64,000 bases of DNA, taken from assembly GCA_964016885.1 (NCBI GenBank), contig OZ024743.1:126852001-126916000 (forward strand), in the 5' to 3' direction. The stretch comes from Eledone cirrhosa. Its lineage: Eukaryota. The position numbers and the translations under genes are program-made. The notes under the pieces were generated by a model that was not told the DNA's origin, did not search any database, and was given only the letters and a program-made list of their open reading frames with translations. Positions 1 through 12,790 of the stretch are shown piece by piece (the stretch's first letter is position 1; each line of letters starts with the position of its first letter).

Positions 1-228
1 TTCACAGCACAGGCATTGCTTTATATCAGGAGATCTCTCTGCACTTGTCATCACATGGTATCATGGGCCCAGCACTATGTGTCAATATTTGTCACAAGTG
101 TAGCGTTTGTACCAGAGTTTAAGTCGCTGGCTGGACTAAAAAGTCACACTCGTTCAGCACATCGGTAGGGGTTCTCCTACATGGATATAAAGTAGTGGCC
201 GTACTCGAAAACGAGTTGGCAGCCACCA
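1..228 (+). repeat. Interspersed repeat (probable retroelement 3' end) ending in a (ATGT)n tail; copy 1
   Basis: Near-identical reverse complement of about 4815-5038; both copies abut (CATA/TATG)n at the same end. Family not identified. Confidence 0.6.
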
Positions 229-482
229 TGTATGTATGTATGTATGTATCTGTGTATATGTATATGTGCGTGTAGATGTATGCCAATATATGTGTTTGTG
301 TGTCTATGTATGTATCTCTGTATGTGTGTATGCACAAACATGTGGGTGCCTATCTATGCATACGTACGTCTGCAACTGAATCTGTGTCAACCTCTTATAC
401 ATGTGTGTCAGAGTGTGTAATATTATACAAGCGTGTGCACAGTGGTTGATTTGGCTATCTTATTGTATAGATATGTATATAC

Positions 483-521
<39 letters not shown>

Positions 522-607
522 GCGTGTGTCTGTGCAAATGAAATGCGCAGATGTATGCCATGTGTGTGTTCGTGTAAATGTGTATGTATATGTATGTGTA
601 TTTACCA

Positions 608-707
<100 letters not shown>

Positions 708-888
708 ACAGGGTGTCCCAAAAGTGTATACACACTTCAACAGCAAGGTAATAAAAGTGTGTATATATTTTTTGTGACACCCTATATATGAAGAATTAGA
801 AATAGAAGCCAAGACTATCTATCATCAGTGGTCTACTAGCCATAATAGGTATTTCATATTTGCAACAATACAGCTCGCCATTTTTCAT

Positions 889-926
<38 letters not shown>

Positions 927-1054
927 AGAAGTTCCATTTAAATTGTTGGGATACAGCAAGCAAATATTTTTATAACTGATATAAAGCACTCAACAAATAT
1001 TTGGAGTAAAAATACGATATTAGCAAATGGAAACTATATTTATAAAACCATATT

Positions 1055-1119
1055 TATTTCATTATACATATTTCAAGGACACCAAGTTAAATTATGGTGT
1101 GCTTTCATCAGATAAAATA
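1055..1119 (-). ncRNA. Type I hammerhead ribozyme (PLE pLTR)
   Basis: Reverse-complement copy of the motif at 1269-1333. Confidence 0.75.
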
Positions 1120-1268
1120 TAATATAGAGCAGTTTTATAAATAAATATTGACATACCCTTAAAGAATGCAACCATTACTGTTGGAAGCTCCCGGATAGTG
1201 GAGTTGTAGCTTTAATTATTAGTATTTAAGGGTATGTCAATATTTATTTATAAAACTGATCTATATTA

Positions 1269-1333
1269 TATTTTATCTGATGAAAGCACACCATAATTTA
1301 ACTTGGTGTCCTTGAAATATGTATAATGAAATA
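1269..1333 (+). ncRNA. Type I hammerhead ribozyme (PLE pLTR)
   Basis: TATTTTAT-CTGATGA-AAGCACACCA(taatttaact)TGGTGTCCTT-GAAA-TATGTATA-ATGAAATA: stem I, CUGANGA core, stem II, GAAA, AUA cleavage triplet. Confidence 0.78.
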
Positions 1334-1372
1334 AATATGGTTTTATAAATATAGTTTCCATTTGTTAATATC

Positions 1373-1495
<123 letters not shown>

Positions 1496-1596
1496 TATTA
1501 AGTTGTTAAACAATATTCGATGATTATGTCAAAGAATGAGTTTTACAGTAGATTGGAAGCACTCAACGGCAAATAATTTTCAGGAGTTATTAATAT

Positions 1597-1846
1597 ATAA
1601 GTATTAATAAAATAGATGTTCTTTTGATCAATTACATTTTATTATACATATTTCGGATGTACAACAGTACGTCCTCATACTGTTGTACATCCGAAATATG
1701 TATAATTGTTTCTAATTTAGGCACAAGGCCAGCAATTACCCAGTGCATTACTGGTACTTTATTTTATCGACCCCGTAAGGATAAAAGGCAAAGTGAACCT
1801 CGATAATAAAATGTAATTGATCAAAAGAACATCTATCTTATTAATA

Positions 1847-1850
<4 letters not shown>
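1597..1850. repeat. Fold-back palindrome centred near 1674, right arm interrupted by a SINE fragment
   Basis: acatatttcggatgtacaacagta / tactgttgtacatccgaaatatgt; outer arms 1597-1646 and 1803-1850 are complementary. Confidence 0.75.
1702..1802 (-). mobile_element. tRNA-derived SINE, 3' fragment
   Basis: ataattgtttctaatttaggcacaaggccagc...ttttatcgaccccgtaaggataaaaggcaaag matches the full copies at 5261-5637. Confidence 0.8.
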
Positions 1851-1896
<46 letters not shown>

Positions 1897-2229
1897 GTGT
1901 GTGTAAATGTGTATGTGTATAAGTATGAGTAAATATATATCTATTGTATATACGTATGTGTGTTTTGGTAAAATTTAAGTTATCCAGCAGTGAGTGATTC
2001 ACCTGTTTGTGCACGTGATCTCACACATAACAGCCAGCATTACCTCCCCTGCAACCTACACGTACATACATACATACATCTATGTTAGCATACCTACACA
2101 CGTACAAATATACGCACAGGCGTGCACTTTTTATGTGTGTATATGTGTGTGTATTTGTCTGTCTGTCTGCCTGTATGTATGTATATATGTATGTGTGTGT
2201 GTGTGTATATATATATATTTATATATATA

Positions 2230-2321
<92 letters not shown>

Positions 2322-2516
2322 GTGCGTATATGTGTACATGTGTATGTAAATACGTAATACGCCCACTGGATAGTTTAAGAAAAGTAAGACAGTTGCCATG
2401 CTGAAGAAATAAACAAAAATACTGACTTCGTGGAAGGACACACACACACAAACACAAACACACACGCACACACACGAACGCACACACACGCACGCACACA
2501 CACACACACACACACA

Positions 2517-2629
<113 letters not shown>

Positions 2630-3009
2630 GCATGTATGCATTGATATAAGTATGTAAGTATGTAGTTTTTGAAAAGTATGATCTGATATATGCTTACACA
2701 TACACATATGTATATGTGACTACGTATGTAGGTAGGTATAGTTTGGTTGGGAAAAAAGGCAAAGTCATATAGCGAGAAAGTTATATGAATAGAAAGAAAG
2801 GGTGGGAAAGAGAGAATAAAGAGTGAGAGGGAGGAAGAATTTACGGAATACTGTACGAAATATTGCGTATTGTTATTTGTGGTGAGGAAAAAAGACTTAC
2901 AGACAAATTTATTACCGTAGAGAACAATAACAACACTAATAACATCAGGTTAACAAATATTAGAACAGAAACTTTTGGTAAGTGCTCCGTTTATCGTCTA
3001 TTTTATATC

Positions 3010-3312
3010 GTTTAGTTATTAAAGCAAACATACAAAGTAAACTTCATAAACTTTTCTCTTTCGCTCTACACCCCCTCTCTCTCTCTATGTTCACGCACAC
3101 ACATATGTATACATATGTATACATATATATATCTATGGAATATGTATCAAGTAAATATAGAATATACTATGTTTCCTCTACGTTATATGGTACTTTCTCT
3201 CTATATATATACATATATCTTTTTTTATTTGATTTATTATGGCTCTAGATAAAACCAAAATTCTAACATACTTGATATGTTTTAATTCATTACATTTGTG
3301 TATGTGTGTGTG

Positions 3313-3344
<32 letters not shown>

Positions 3345-3548
3345 ACGAAGGAAATGTGGTAAGGAACCAGATGGACCATAACGCACCAGAGTACTCAATA
3401 CTTAGGGTAGTAGAGGGGGTAATAGGAAAAAGTATGACCCCGACGGCAGAGCTCAAGCCGTTTCGACGGCTATTTCTGAGTCCAGAAATAGCCGTCCAGA
3501 AATAGCCGTCGAAACGGCTTGAGCTCTGCCGTCGGGATCATACTTTTT

Positions 3549-3587
<39 letters not shown>

Positions 3588-3850
3588 CAAAAAGTATGAT
3601 CCCGACGGCAGTTATTAAAGAAAACACAAAGTAAACTTCATAAACTTTTCTCTTTCGCTCTACCCCCCCCCCCCTCTCTCTATGTATCAAGTAAATATAG
3701 AATATACTATGTTTCCTCTACGTTATATGGTACTTTCTCTCTATATATACATATATCTTTTTTTATTTGATTTATTATGGCTCTAGATAAAACCCAAATT
3801 CTAACATACTTGATATGTTTTAATTCATTACATTTGTGTATGTGTGTGTA
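3010..3850. repeat. Local direct duplication (about 3010-3310 vs 3611-3850)
   Basis: Shared gttattaaag...aaacttcataaacttttctctttcgctctac and atgtatcaagtaaatatagaatatac...ttacatttgtgtatgtg. Confidence 0.75.
3343..3553. mobile_element. PLE-like terminal fragment with fold-back hammerhead 3' half
   Basis: GACGGCTATTTCTG/CAGAAATAGCCGTC-GAAACGGC(ttgagctct)GCCGTC on both strands. Homologous copy at 7738-7950; small fragments at about 3590 and 3856. Confidence 0.65.
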
Positions 3851-3884
3851 TATATGAGCTCTGCCGTCGGGGTCATACTTTTTG

Positions 3885-3959
<75 letters not shown>

Positions 3960-4038
3960 GTTGAAATTAAACGAACAAAACACAGGAGGCAATTGTACAA
4001 AGTTATATTAGGCTCACGCTTGGTGGAAGTGGCAGAGG

Positions 4039-4074
4039 TTTCGACGATTCGGACAGAAGTCCTTCATCAGGAAA
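4039..4074 (-). ncRNA. Minimal type I hammerhead, one core substitution
   Basis: Minus strand TTTC-CTGATGA-A-GGAC(TTCT)GTCC-GAATC-GTC-GAAA (GAAAC changed to GAATC). Confidence 0.6.
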
Positions 4075-4113
4075 GTTCGATAGGGGGAGAACAGAAGCTT
4101 CGAGGAGGAGCAG

Positions 4114-4208
<95 letters not shown>

Positions 4209-4228
4209 TATACATACACACACACACC

Positions 4229-4271
<43 letters not shown>

Positions 4272-4346
4272 TATTATTTTTATCTAAAAACATTTTTTCC
4301 AATTCTATCCCGCCCGTCCCCTTAATCTATTTTATTTCTCATTCTT

Positions 4347-4382
4347 TCTTCTGATGAAGGACTAGCGTCCGAAACGTTAAGA
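4347..4382 (+). ncRNA. Minimal type I hammerhead ribozyme (PLE type)
   Basis: TCTT-CTGATGA-A-GGAC(TAGC)GTCC-GAAAC-GTT-AAGA, with palindromic AACGTT in place of stem III. Confidence 0.78.
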
Positions 4383-4463
4383 CCCTCTTCCTGCTATATC
4401 AAGCGTTAACCTAATATATACCTTCCATATACTGTACCGATTGTGTTGTTATTTCTGTTTACC

Positions 4464-4580
<117 letters not shown>

Positions 4581-4814
4581 CTCATACATGCGAACACATA
4601 GACATGCAAGTGCGCGTATAATGAGAAATCAACAAATAATATGAAACTTTAAAAAAAATATTTGCATTAAATTTGACTTAGTCATGCGTTACCAGATGTT
4701 TCGTTGTAAACACATCTAACTTTTCAGATGCGTTTTGAATACATACATACATACATACATACATACATACATACATACATACATACATACATACATACAT
4801 ACATACATACATAC

Positions 4815-5113
4815 ATGGTGGTGGCTGCCAACTCGTTTTCGAGTACGGCCACTACTTTATATCCATGTAGGAGAACCCCTACCGATGCGCTGAACGAGTG
4901 TGACTTTTTAGTCCAGCCAGCGACTTGAAAACTCTGGTACAAACACTACACCTGTGACAATTATTGACACATAGTGCTGGGCCCATGGTACCATGTGACG
5001 ACAAGTGCAGAGAGATCTCCAGATATAAAGCAATGCCTTGTTGACTTGTTCTTCTTTTTGGTAAATATCATCTTGGTTGAGAGAGTGGGACTGGCTTTGT
5101 GCAGTGCCTTTGC
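4815..5113 (-). repeat. Interspersed repeat, copy 2 of the 1-228 family, embedded in (CATA)n
   Basis: Reverse complement of 1-228; 5050-5110 also resembles 6118-6190. Confidence 0.6.
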
Positions 5114-5158
5114 TCACATACATACATACATACATACATACATACATACATACATACA

Positions 5159-5189
<31 letters not shown>

Positions 5190-5260
5190 GTATATGTGTG
5201 TGTGTGTGTGTCTATGTGGGGTGATGATGTATGTATGGATGTTCTGGATGGATGTTCATT

Positions 5261-5442
5261 TGGCAGTATCGGTAGAGGGTCGGACGCCATGCTTTGACGC
5301 ATTGAGTTACGGCCCTTGCCATTCTGAGTTCAAATCCCGACGAGGTTAACTTTGCTTTTCATCCTTATGGGGTCGATAAAATAAAGTTCCAGTAATACAC
5401 TGGGTATTTGCTGGCCTTGTGCCAAAAGTAGAAACAATTATT
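5261..5442 (+). mobile_element. tRNA-derived SINE
   Basis: A-box-like TGGCAGTATCGG, B-box GAGTTCAAATCC, central ctttgcttttcatccttatggggtcgataaaataaag, tail gaaacaattatt. Confidence 0.85.
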
Positions 5443-5445
5443 ACA

Positions 5446-5637
5446 GGGCGGTAGATTGGTATTATCGGTAGAGAGTCTGACGCCATGCTTTGCAGCAAAG
5501 AGTTATGTCCCTTTATGGTCTGAGTTCAAATCCCGCCGAGGTTAACTTTGCCTTTCATCCTTACGGGGTCGATAAAATAAAGTACCAGTAATGTACTGGG
5601 TATTTGCTGGCCTTCTGCCAAAAGTAGAAACAATTAT
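5446..5637 (+). mobile_element. tRNA-derived SINE (tandem second copy)
   Basis: Same A/B boxes and body as 5261-5442. Confidence 0.85.
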
Positions 5638-5848
5638 TTTATGCATTTTAACCAATAGAGAGAGGTGGGTGTGAAACAAAACTCTTTCATTGGAATTTAG
5701 ACAACATCAACTAGGTAAATACGTGTGTATGTCTGTATATGTGTGTGTGTGTGTGTGTGCAGGTTTGGATGCTTTTTGTCTATGTGGATCTGTATGTTTT
5801 GATTTATATGTGTACTGGTGCATATGTTTCTGTCTCTCTGTATGTCTG

Positions 5849-5891
<43 letters not shown>

Positions 5892-6790
5892 GTATGTATG
5901 TATGTATGTATGTATGTATGTATGTATGTATGTATGTATGTATGTATGTATGTACGTACATACAAAGGGCGGGGGAACTCAGAAGAGTCAACGGCCATCC
6001 AAAAAAGTTTTTTTTTTGTGTGAAGCGAGAGTCCTAGTCTTCATTAAGACATCTCTCTAGGAGAAGGTCACTCTGATATAAAACCTGCGACCTGTTTACA
6101 TCCAATGATGTAGATCAGTTCTTCTTTTTGGGTAAATGTATTCGATGTTCAGAGAGTGGGAATGGCCTCGTGCAAAGCCTTTTCTCGCTTAAAATCATTT
6201 CAGACACAGGCATCGCTTGATATGTGACATTTTTTTGCGATGCATGCCATTGCTGGCTATGGGCAGGTTCCGGGTGGGACTGAAGGGCCCCGTCTATGAT
6301 GCTCATGCTTGAGTGTCAAGCGATGGCATTACTCGGAGTCGAGTTGGTGCCATTATGTACATATATACATGTTCTCCTAAAGTGGCCAGGACCTCATACG
6401 TATCAGCTTTGTCATAGTTTCCACATCTGGATGTTCTTCCTAATGACAATCACTTCACAATGTGTGGGGTGCTTTTATCATGGCACCAGTACTTAGAGAA
6501 GTTGTCATATTCTTGACAAAACAGATGAATCCGCTCAACCCTTTGTTTGGTATGGTTTCTACACGTGGGTACTGTTTCTAATGCCAGCCATTTTACAAAG
6601 TGTACTGGGTGTAGTTCATCGTAGCACCGGCACTAGTGAGGCTGTCGTGGCGTTGGCTTGTTTCAAAGGCCCTCGCTCCCCTTCAATTCAAACCATTTCA
6701 CGGAGCAGACTAAGTGCATTTTATAGTGGCCACACCATACAGTATGATGAAGATATATATTAGTTTTACTCTTTATGTAGTAGGGGAAAG

Positions 6791-6825
6791 TCTTAACGTT
6801 TCGGACGTTAGTCTTTCATAGAAGA
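6791..6825 (-). ncRNA. Decayed minimal hammerhead (family of 4347-4382)
   Basis: Minus strand TCTT-CTATGAA-AGAC(TAAC)GTCC-GAAAC-GTT-AAGA; a core G is lost. Confidence 0.5.
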
Positions 6826-6925
6826 TAGAATAAAAGGTAAAAGAAGAAATAAAAAGTTAGATGAACTTAAGATAATGAGATAATGAAGAAACGAAAAAGA
6901 GCAATCACTTAACGACCAACCGATG

Positions 6926-6972
<47 letters not shown>

Positions 6973-6990
6973 GAGAGAGAGAGAGAGAGA

Positions 6991-7047
<57 letters not shown>

Positions 7048-7448
7048 AGGGAGTGGGAGAGAGATAGAGATAGAGTGAGAGGGAGTGGGAGAGAGAGAGA
7101 TAGAGAAAGAGAGAGATAGGTAGATAAATAATATATATATATATGTATGTGTGCGTGTATATATATATATATATATATATATATGTGATTCATCAGCTAG
7201 TAATAAAGTAATTGCTCCTGTTCTCCTGATTACCGTGTGATGTTGAGGAACGACATACTAGTTTAATCCATTTATATACACTAAATTTGACATAAAAAAT
7301 TTGTAGAGTTATCTTGGCACAATAGTCTGTGTATACTAAGTACGAAGTTCGTTTCCTGCAGGCAGTAACATCACATTCTTTCTGTCAAATTTAGTTTTCG
7401 TATATAAATGTATCGTTTAATTTTACTGTATAAATCTTTATCGTTATA

Positions 7449-7574
<126 letters not shown>

Positions 7575-7688
7575 CATGTGTGTGTGTATGTACCAAAATT
7601 TGCGTGCGTATCAGTTCGAAAAATAACACGAGGGCACAAATACATATACGTTACGTAATCCGCAGATTACGTAACCTATACACACACG

Positions 7689-8049
<361 letters not shown>

Positions 8050-8867
8050 GATAGGCTGAAACTTAAGTACCTATATATGTCACTATTTTAACTAACTATA
8101 CTTAACTCGTCCTATGGACTGAGTGTTCTAAACCCTTTGATATGTATATCAAGCTTGTACTACAATATATATATATAGAGTTTTGTATTCGCTTTGTAAG
8201 ATTCTTGATGTGAAACTAGATACCAGATAATGTTAGACTTATGTGGGATGAGTATATGCTGCTAATAAAAATACACACAGAACTCGAGTTTCACTTCGGT
8301 TACAATTAAATAACCGGAATAGTTACCTGACTAATGGTAAATAAATAAATCGTTATTGTTAGTCAGGTAACTAACCCATTCAAATGTCAGTTTAGTAGCC
8401 AAATAGTTATTTAATTGTCAAAGCTCCTTCGTCACATTTTCTGTAACCTTCTCAATGGCTTGTTTGGCTTTCCACCCGGTTCGTCTTACATACATATTTA
8501 TTTATTTAATAATAAAAACTTCTAGCGTATAAGCTATGACAAGCTGCGAGAGGTATTTAGTGTCCTTACAATTTAGAAACGAAAGCTAGAGAGCGGGAGG
8601 GTGAGGAGAGAGAGAGAAGAGGAGAGAAAGTGGGGAGACAGAGAACATGAGTATAGGTGAAAACAAGGACAGCTATATAACTGTTAAATGTTCTTTTTGT
8701 TGAATCGTTTCATTGGAAAATCTTGTTTACGGTTGATAGATCATTAACAATGCAATCTATTTTTAAAGACCAGTTTTAAAATGTCCCCTCTTTCTCTCGT
8801 AGACTGGTAGCTTTTACAATGGCACAAAGTTTCTGGATTGTTTCCACAAGAACATAGAGGTGATTCT

Positions 8868-8907
<40 letters not shown>

Positions 8908-8970
8908 GTGTGTATGTATGTGTGCGTGTGCGTGTGCGCATGCTCGTCTGTGTGTGTGTGTGTGTGTGTC

Positions 8971-9002
<32 letters not shown>

Positions 9003-11349
9003 TGTGTGTGTTTGTGTGTGCGTGCATAAGAGGTTTTTTTAGAAGAATTGTTTTGCATAATGATTACATAGTTTATTTTCATTGCATCAATCTTTAAATA
9101 GGATTTGATTAAAACAACACGGCGAAAACGTTTCCGTGTAGGTTCAGTGTGTGGTCTCTCCATTCTACGTGGTTGCTAACATTACTGAGTTGTCTGTGGA
9201 TAGTAAATTCAGCCGATGTTAGTATACCTTGTCAATCAAACTGTCAAGCTGTCAGCCACGTTACATAACTAGACAGAAATTCTTTTACAGTAAAACATGA
9301 ACCAACATAAAACAAGTGTTTATTTTACTTAAAATTTCGTGAAAATTTCGTTCATAACTTTTGTCCCATGTACCGAACACATATAATTTGATAACGTCCG
9401 TTAAAATTAGCAGGACAATGTAACATGATGTATTGATTTCTTGTATTGATTCAACACCCATTGATTTGTAAAGCACAGTGAGGTATAATCGATCGATCAG
9501 CTTCGACTACATGTCTGATGTATATTTTATTGATATCAGAAGAATGCAGTGATTATTTTAGCGTACGGTTCTAAATTTAATTTTGTGCAGTAAGTTTACA
9601 TTTTGTCACATACTACATGGGTATACATGAAACGAAGTTTTGGTTGTTGTGGAAGAGGATGATAAACACGACAAATACCAATAATTCCGGTTGAATTTAT
9701 ATCTTTACTTCACTTCAGCAAAAAGGAAATATGATTACTTTGAATCATAAATATAAAGTTTGATTGTAGTATTCACAAATGAATATAGTGTTCAATAAGG
9801 CTTATGTGTTGTGCAGGAGTCTCTTTGTTTACCATGGGATGTTCCCTTAAAAAGTGACAAGTTGTAGTCAGACAGTATGTACCAACAGAGGTAGTAGTAA
9901 ACTGTATTGTGGTGAGGTTGTGCTATACAAGGAAGTAGCAAGCTGTGTTGTCTAGGAGAAGAGGCAGATGACTGAGTATTGCTGAAGTGCCAATGGATGA
10001 ATTGCTGTCGGGCCCTTGTCCAGAGGGCCAGAATGTTTGGCTAAGTACTACATCTCTCTACTTGCTAGAGCAACTCCGTGTGATGTCTCTTTTTTGAGAG
10101 ACAAGTGCCGAATGTGTGTAGAAGCTAGTTAATCTCTGATAAACTGCAAATGACTCCCTGCCCCAGACCAAGAGACGCCAGTTTTTGAAACAAAAGAAAA
10201 TGAGCAACGTATTGCCCAGAGGTCAGCATATGTGATCACACTGACCTGCTATGCTAACATCAGAACAAGAGTTCAAACACTGGGTTGCAGCATCTTCCTC
10301 AAAGATTTATGCAGTTTTAAAATTTCCTGAAAATATATCCTGGAAGGACGAAAGTAAAAGACGTTGTGTATTGGCAGAGTTGGTAGTGCGTAGGTCAAAA
10401 TGCCTTGCCGTATTTATTTCAGCACTCTGTACTCTGAGTTCGGATTCAGCTAAAGTTAACCTTGACGTTCACTCTTTCGAGATCGATAAAAAACACCGGT
10501 TCAGGGTGGTTGACTGGTGGAATTGTTTGAGCTTCGAATGAGATGAATTGCGGTATTTACTTTGGTTGTTTGTATTCTGAGATCAAATCTTACTGTTGCC
10601 TACCTGTGTGTTAGACTTAATCTGTCATCCAATTCTAACACCACCACCGGGCCCTTTGGTTACTCTAGATCACAGGTTCTCAACCCATTTAGGCCAACCG
10701 CCCTCTTTTGTCCCTCGAAATCACGAAACGCCCCCCCCCCCCTCTCCCTACCCTATTTTTCCATTTTTCAATATACTACTGATTTTGATATCAGTAGATT
10801 ACTAAAAAAATTGATTAACAATATTCCAAAGATACCATTACAGGCAGCTGAGAGTATAAATACATTCCTTGAAAGGAAATATATAAATTTCAAAAAAAGC
10901 AGCATAAATGTTCTTTTTTATGAATAAGGACCAGTTGAATTTGTTATATTCCCACTAGGCGATACCAACTATTTTGAACATTTATGCAAGAGCAACTCTG
11001 TCTATCCAAAGAGTGCTCTTATCTGGAAGAAAGTCGCAATTATATCATTTCAAAGCTTTCCAATTTTCCCTTTAATGAAACGGACAGAATAAATGTTGAT
11101 ATCTAACTTGATGACTCCTCTGCTTTGTGAGCTTAGAGACCACGGAAGAGGGTTTTCATGACCACGCTGGAGGGTATATTTATTAGTAAATGGTAAAATA
11201 TATACAACAAATGAGTAAGTGAATTGCAGTAGATGGTTTCCAGTCCAGACAGACTGCAACTACAAATAAAAAAAATTGCTAGTTTGCTTTGTAACAATAG
11301 CATATCCAAGTTTTCGGATAAATCAACTTACTTTAACTTTGACCTCATT

Positions 11350-12375
11350 TCAATGGGACCCTTGAACTTTATGGAGTCTAGCTAACTCTTTGACGTCAGG
11401 CTGGATTTTCGTAAGATGTATCCGGAGATCTCCACGTGTAATTACATTGTAGTGGTTGCGAGCCTTGTTGTGCAGTCTGGAAACAGCGCCAAACCTCCTC
11501 TTGACTAAGTATGAGCTTGGAAAAGGCAGAGCAAATCTCTTAGCCTCTGCATGTAGGTGTGGAAATCGACGCTGAATTTCCTCTTGCATCCAAAAAAGGG
11601 GTTCACCTATTTCATCTGCTTGAAGTTCAATGAATTCTTCCTGAAATATAACGTCCAAATCATCGACGTTAGCTATGAAGGGATCTGCTACCCACATTGG
11701 GATGTCCATCGGCAAAAGGTCGACAAACAGTTCTCCCATGTTGTCTTGTAGCGCACGGAGGTGAGCGGTATAAATTTGGAGTTAGTCATCGCTTACAATG
11801 TTTGAACATTGGCGACACTAGGAAAATTATAGAATTCCCGTCAACAAAGATTCCTTTCGATAACATTCAATTTGGCCAGGAATGTTTTCACAGCATTCTT
11901 TGCTTTAAGCAAAGTGATCTTCCCCTGCAAAGTCAAAATGACACTATTGCATTTGTCGACGATGTTGGTGGGGTAGGCGCAGTCTTGCCTCACATCGAGG
12001 GTTTTCTTGTACAGTTCTGTGTTGCGTCCTCGCAGAAACTCAATGATAGAGTCGAACAGTTCAAAGAAGTGAGTAAGGCACTTGCCCTTTGAAAGCCACC
12101 TCACTTCATTATGAAGGAGCAACTTGACGAATTCTTCGTTATTATCTTGGCACAGTTGCCGGAAAATTCGTTCATTGAGGGAATGCGGTTTGATAAAATT
12201 GATGACATCAAGGGCCACCTGCAAGGACTTGCTCAGCGGCTTGCTGAGTTTCTTCGCAGCCAAGTGTTGTCGATGAATGACACAATGAACAACAAATACA
12301 GATAGATTTTCTTTCTTCAGAAGAGTGACGAAACCCTTATGTTGGCCGACCATTGCTCTTGCGTCGTCCGTAGCA
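11350..12375 (-). pseudogene. hAT transposase, C-terminal half, disrupted (SCAND3/ZBED/Buster-like)
   Basis: Motifs HCVIHRQHLA, LLLHNEVRWLSKG, ALPFPSSYLVxRxF, GDLR; split over ORFs 11841-12353 and 11350-11739. Confidence 0.88.
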
Positions 12376-12384
12376 CATGATACA

Positions 12385-12790
12385 ATGTGTGTTGTATTTG
12401 GTCCTAGATGTATATATTACCTGCCTGTGTGTTGTAGGTAGTCCTAGATGTATGTATTACCTTCTTATGTATTGCATGTGGTTCCAGCTGTATGTATTAC
12501 CTGCTTGTGTGTTGTATGTAGTCCTAGATGTGTGTATTACCTCCTTATATGTTGTATGAGGTCCTAGATGTATGTATTACCTGATTATGTGTTGTATGTG
12601 GTCCTAGATGTTGTATTACCTGCTTATGTGTTGTATGTGGTCCTAAATGTATGTATTACCTGCCTGTGTGTTGTATGTGGTCCTAGATGTGCGTGCTACC
12701 TCATGTGTTGCATGTGGTCCTAGATGCGTGTATTACCTGCTTATGTGTTGTATGTGGTCCTAGATGTGTGTGCTACCCGCTTCTGTGTGT
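12385..12790. repeat. 40-bp minisatellite, about 10 copies
   Basis: Unit about tgtgtgttgtatgtggtcctagatgtatgtattacctgct; gtcctagatg recurs at 12401, 12441, 12521, 12561, 12601. Confidence 0.9.

Noticed and set aside
4685-4735. Minus-strand CTGAAAA-GTT...AAC-GAAAC motif
   Set aside because: Core G8 missing and stem I mismatched; at best a decayed relic.
5261-5345. tRNA gene
   Set aside because: A/B boxes belong to SINE heads; no cloverleaf.
12385-12790. Regular 40-bp repeat resembling a CRISPR array
   Set aside because: No unique spacers, eukaryotic context, no cas genes; it is a minisatellite.
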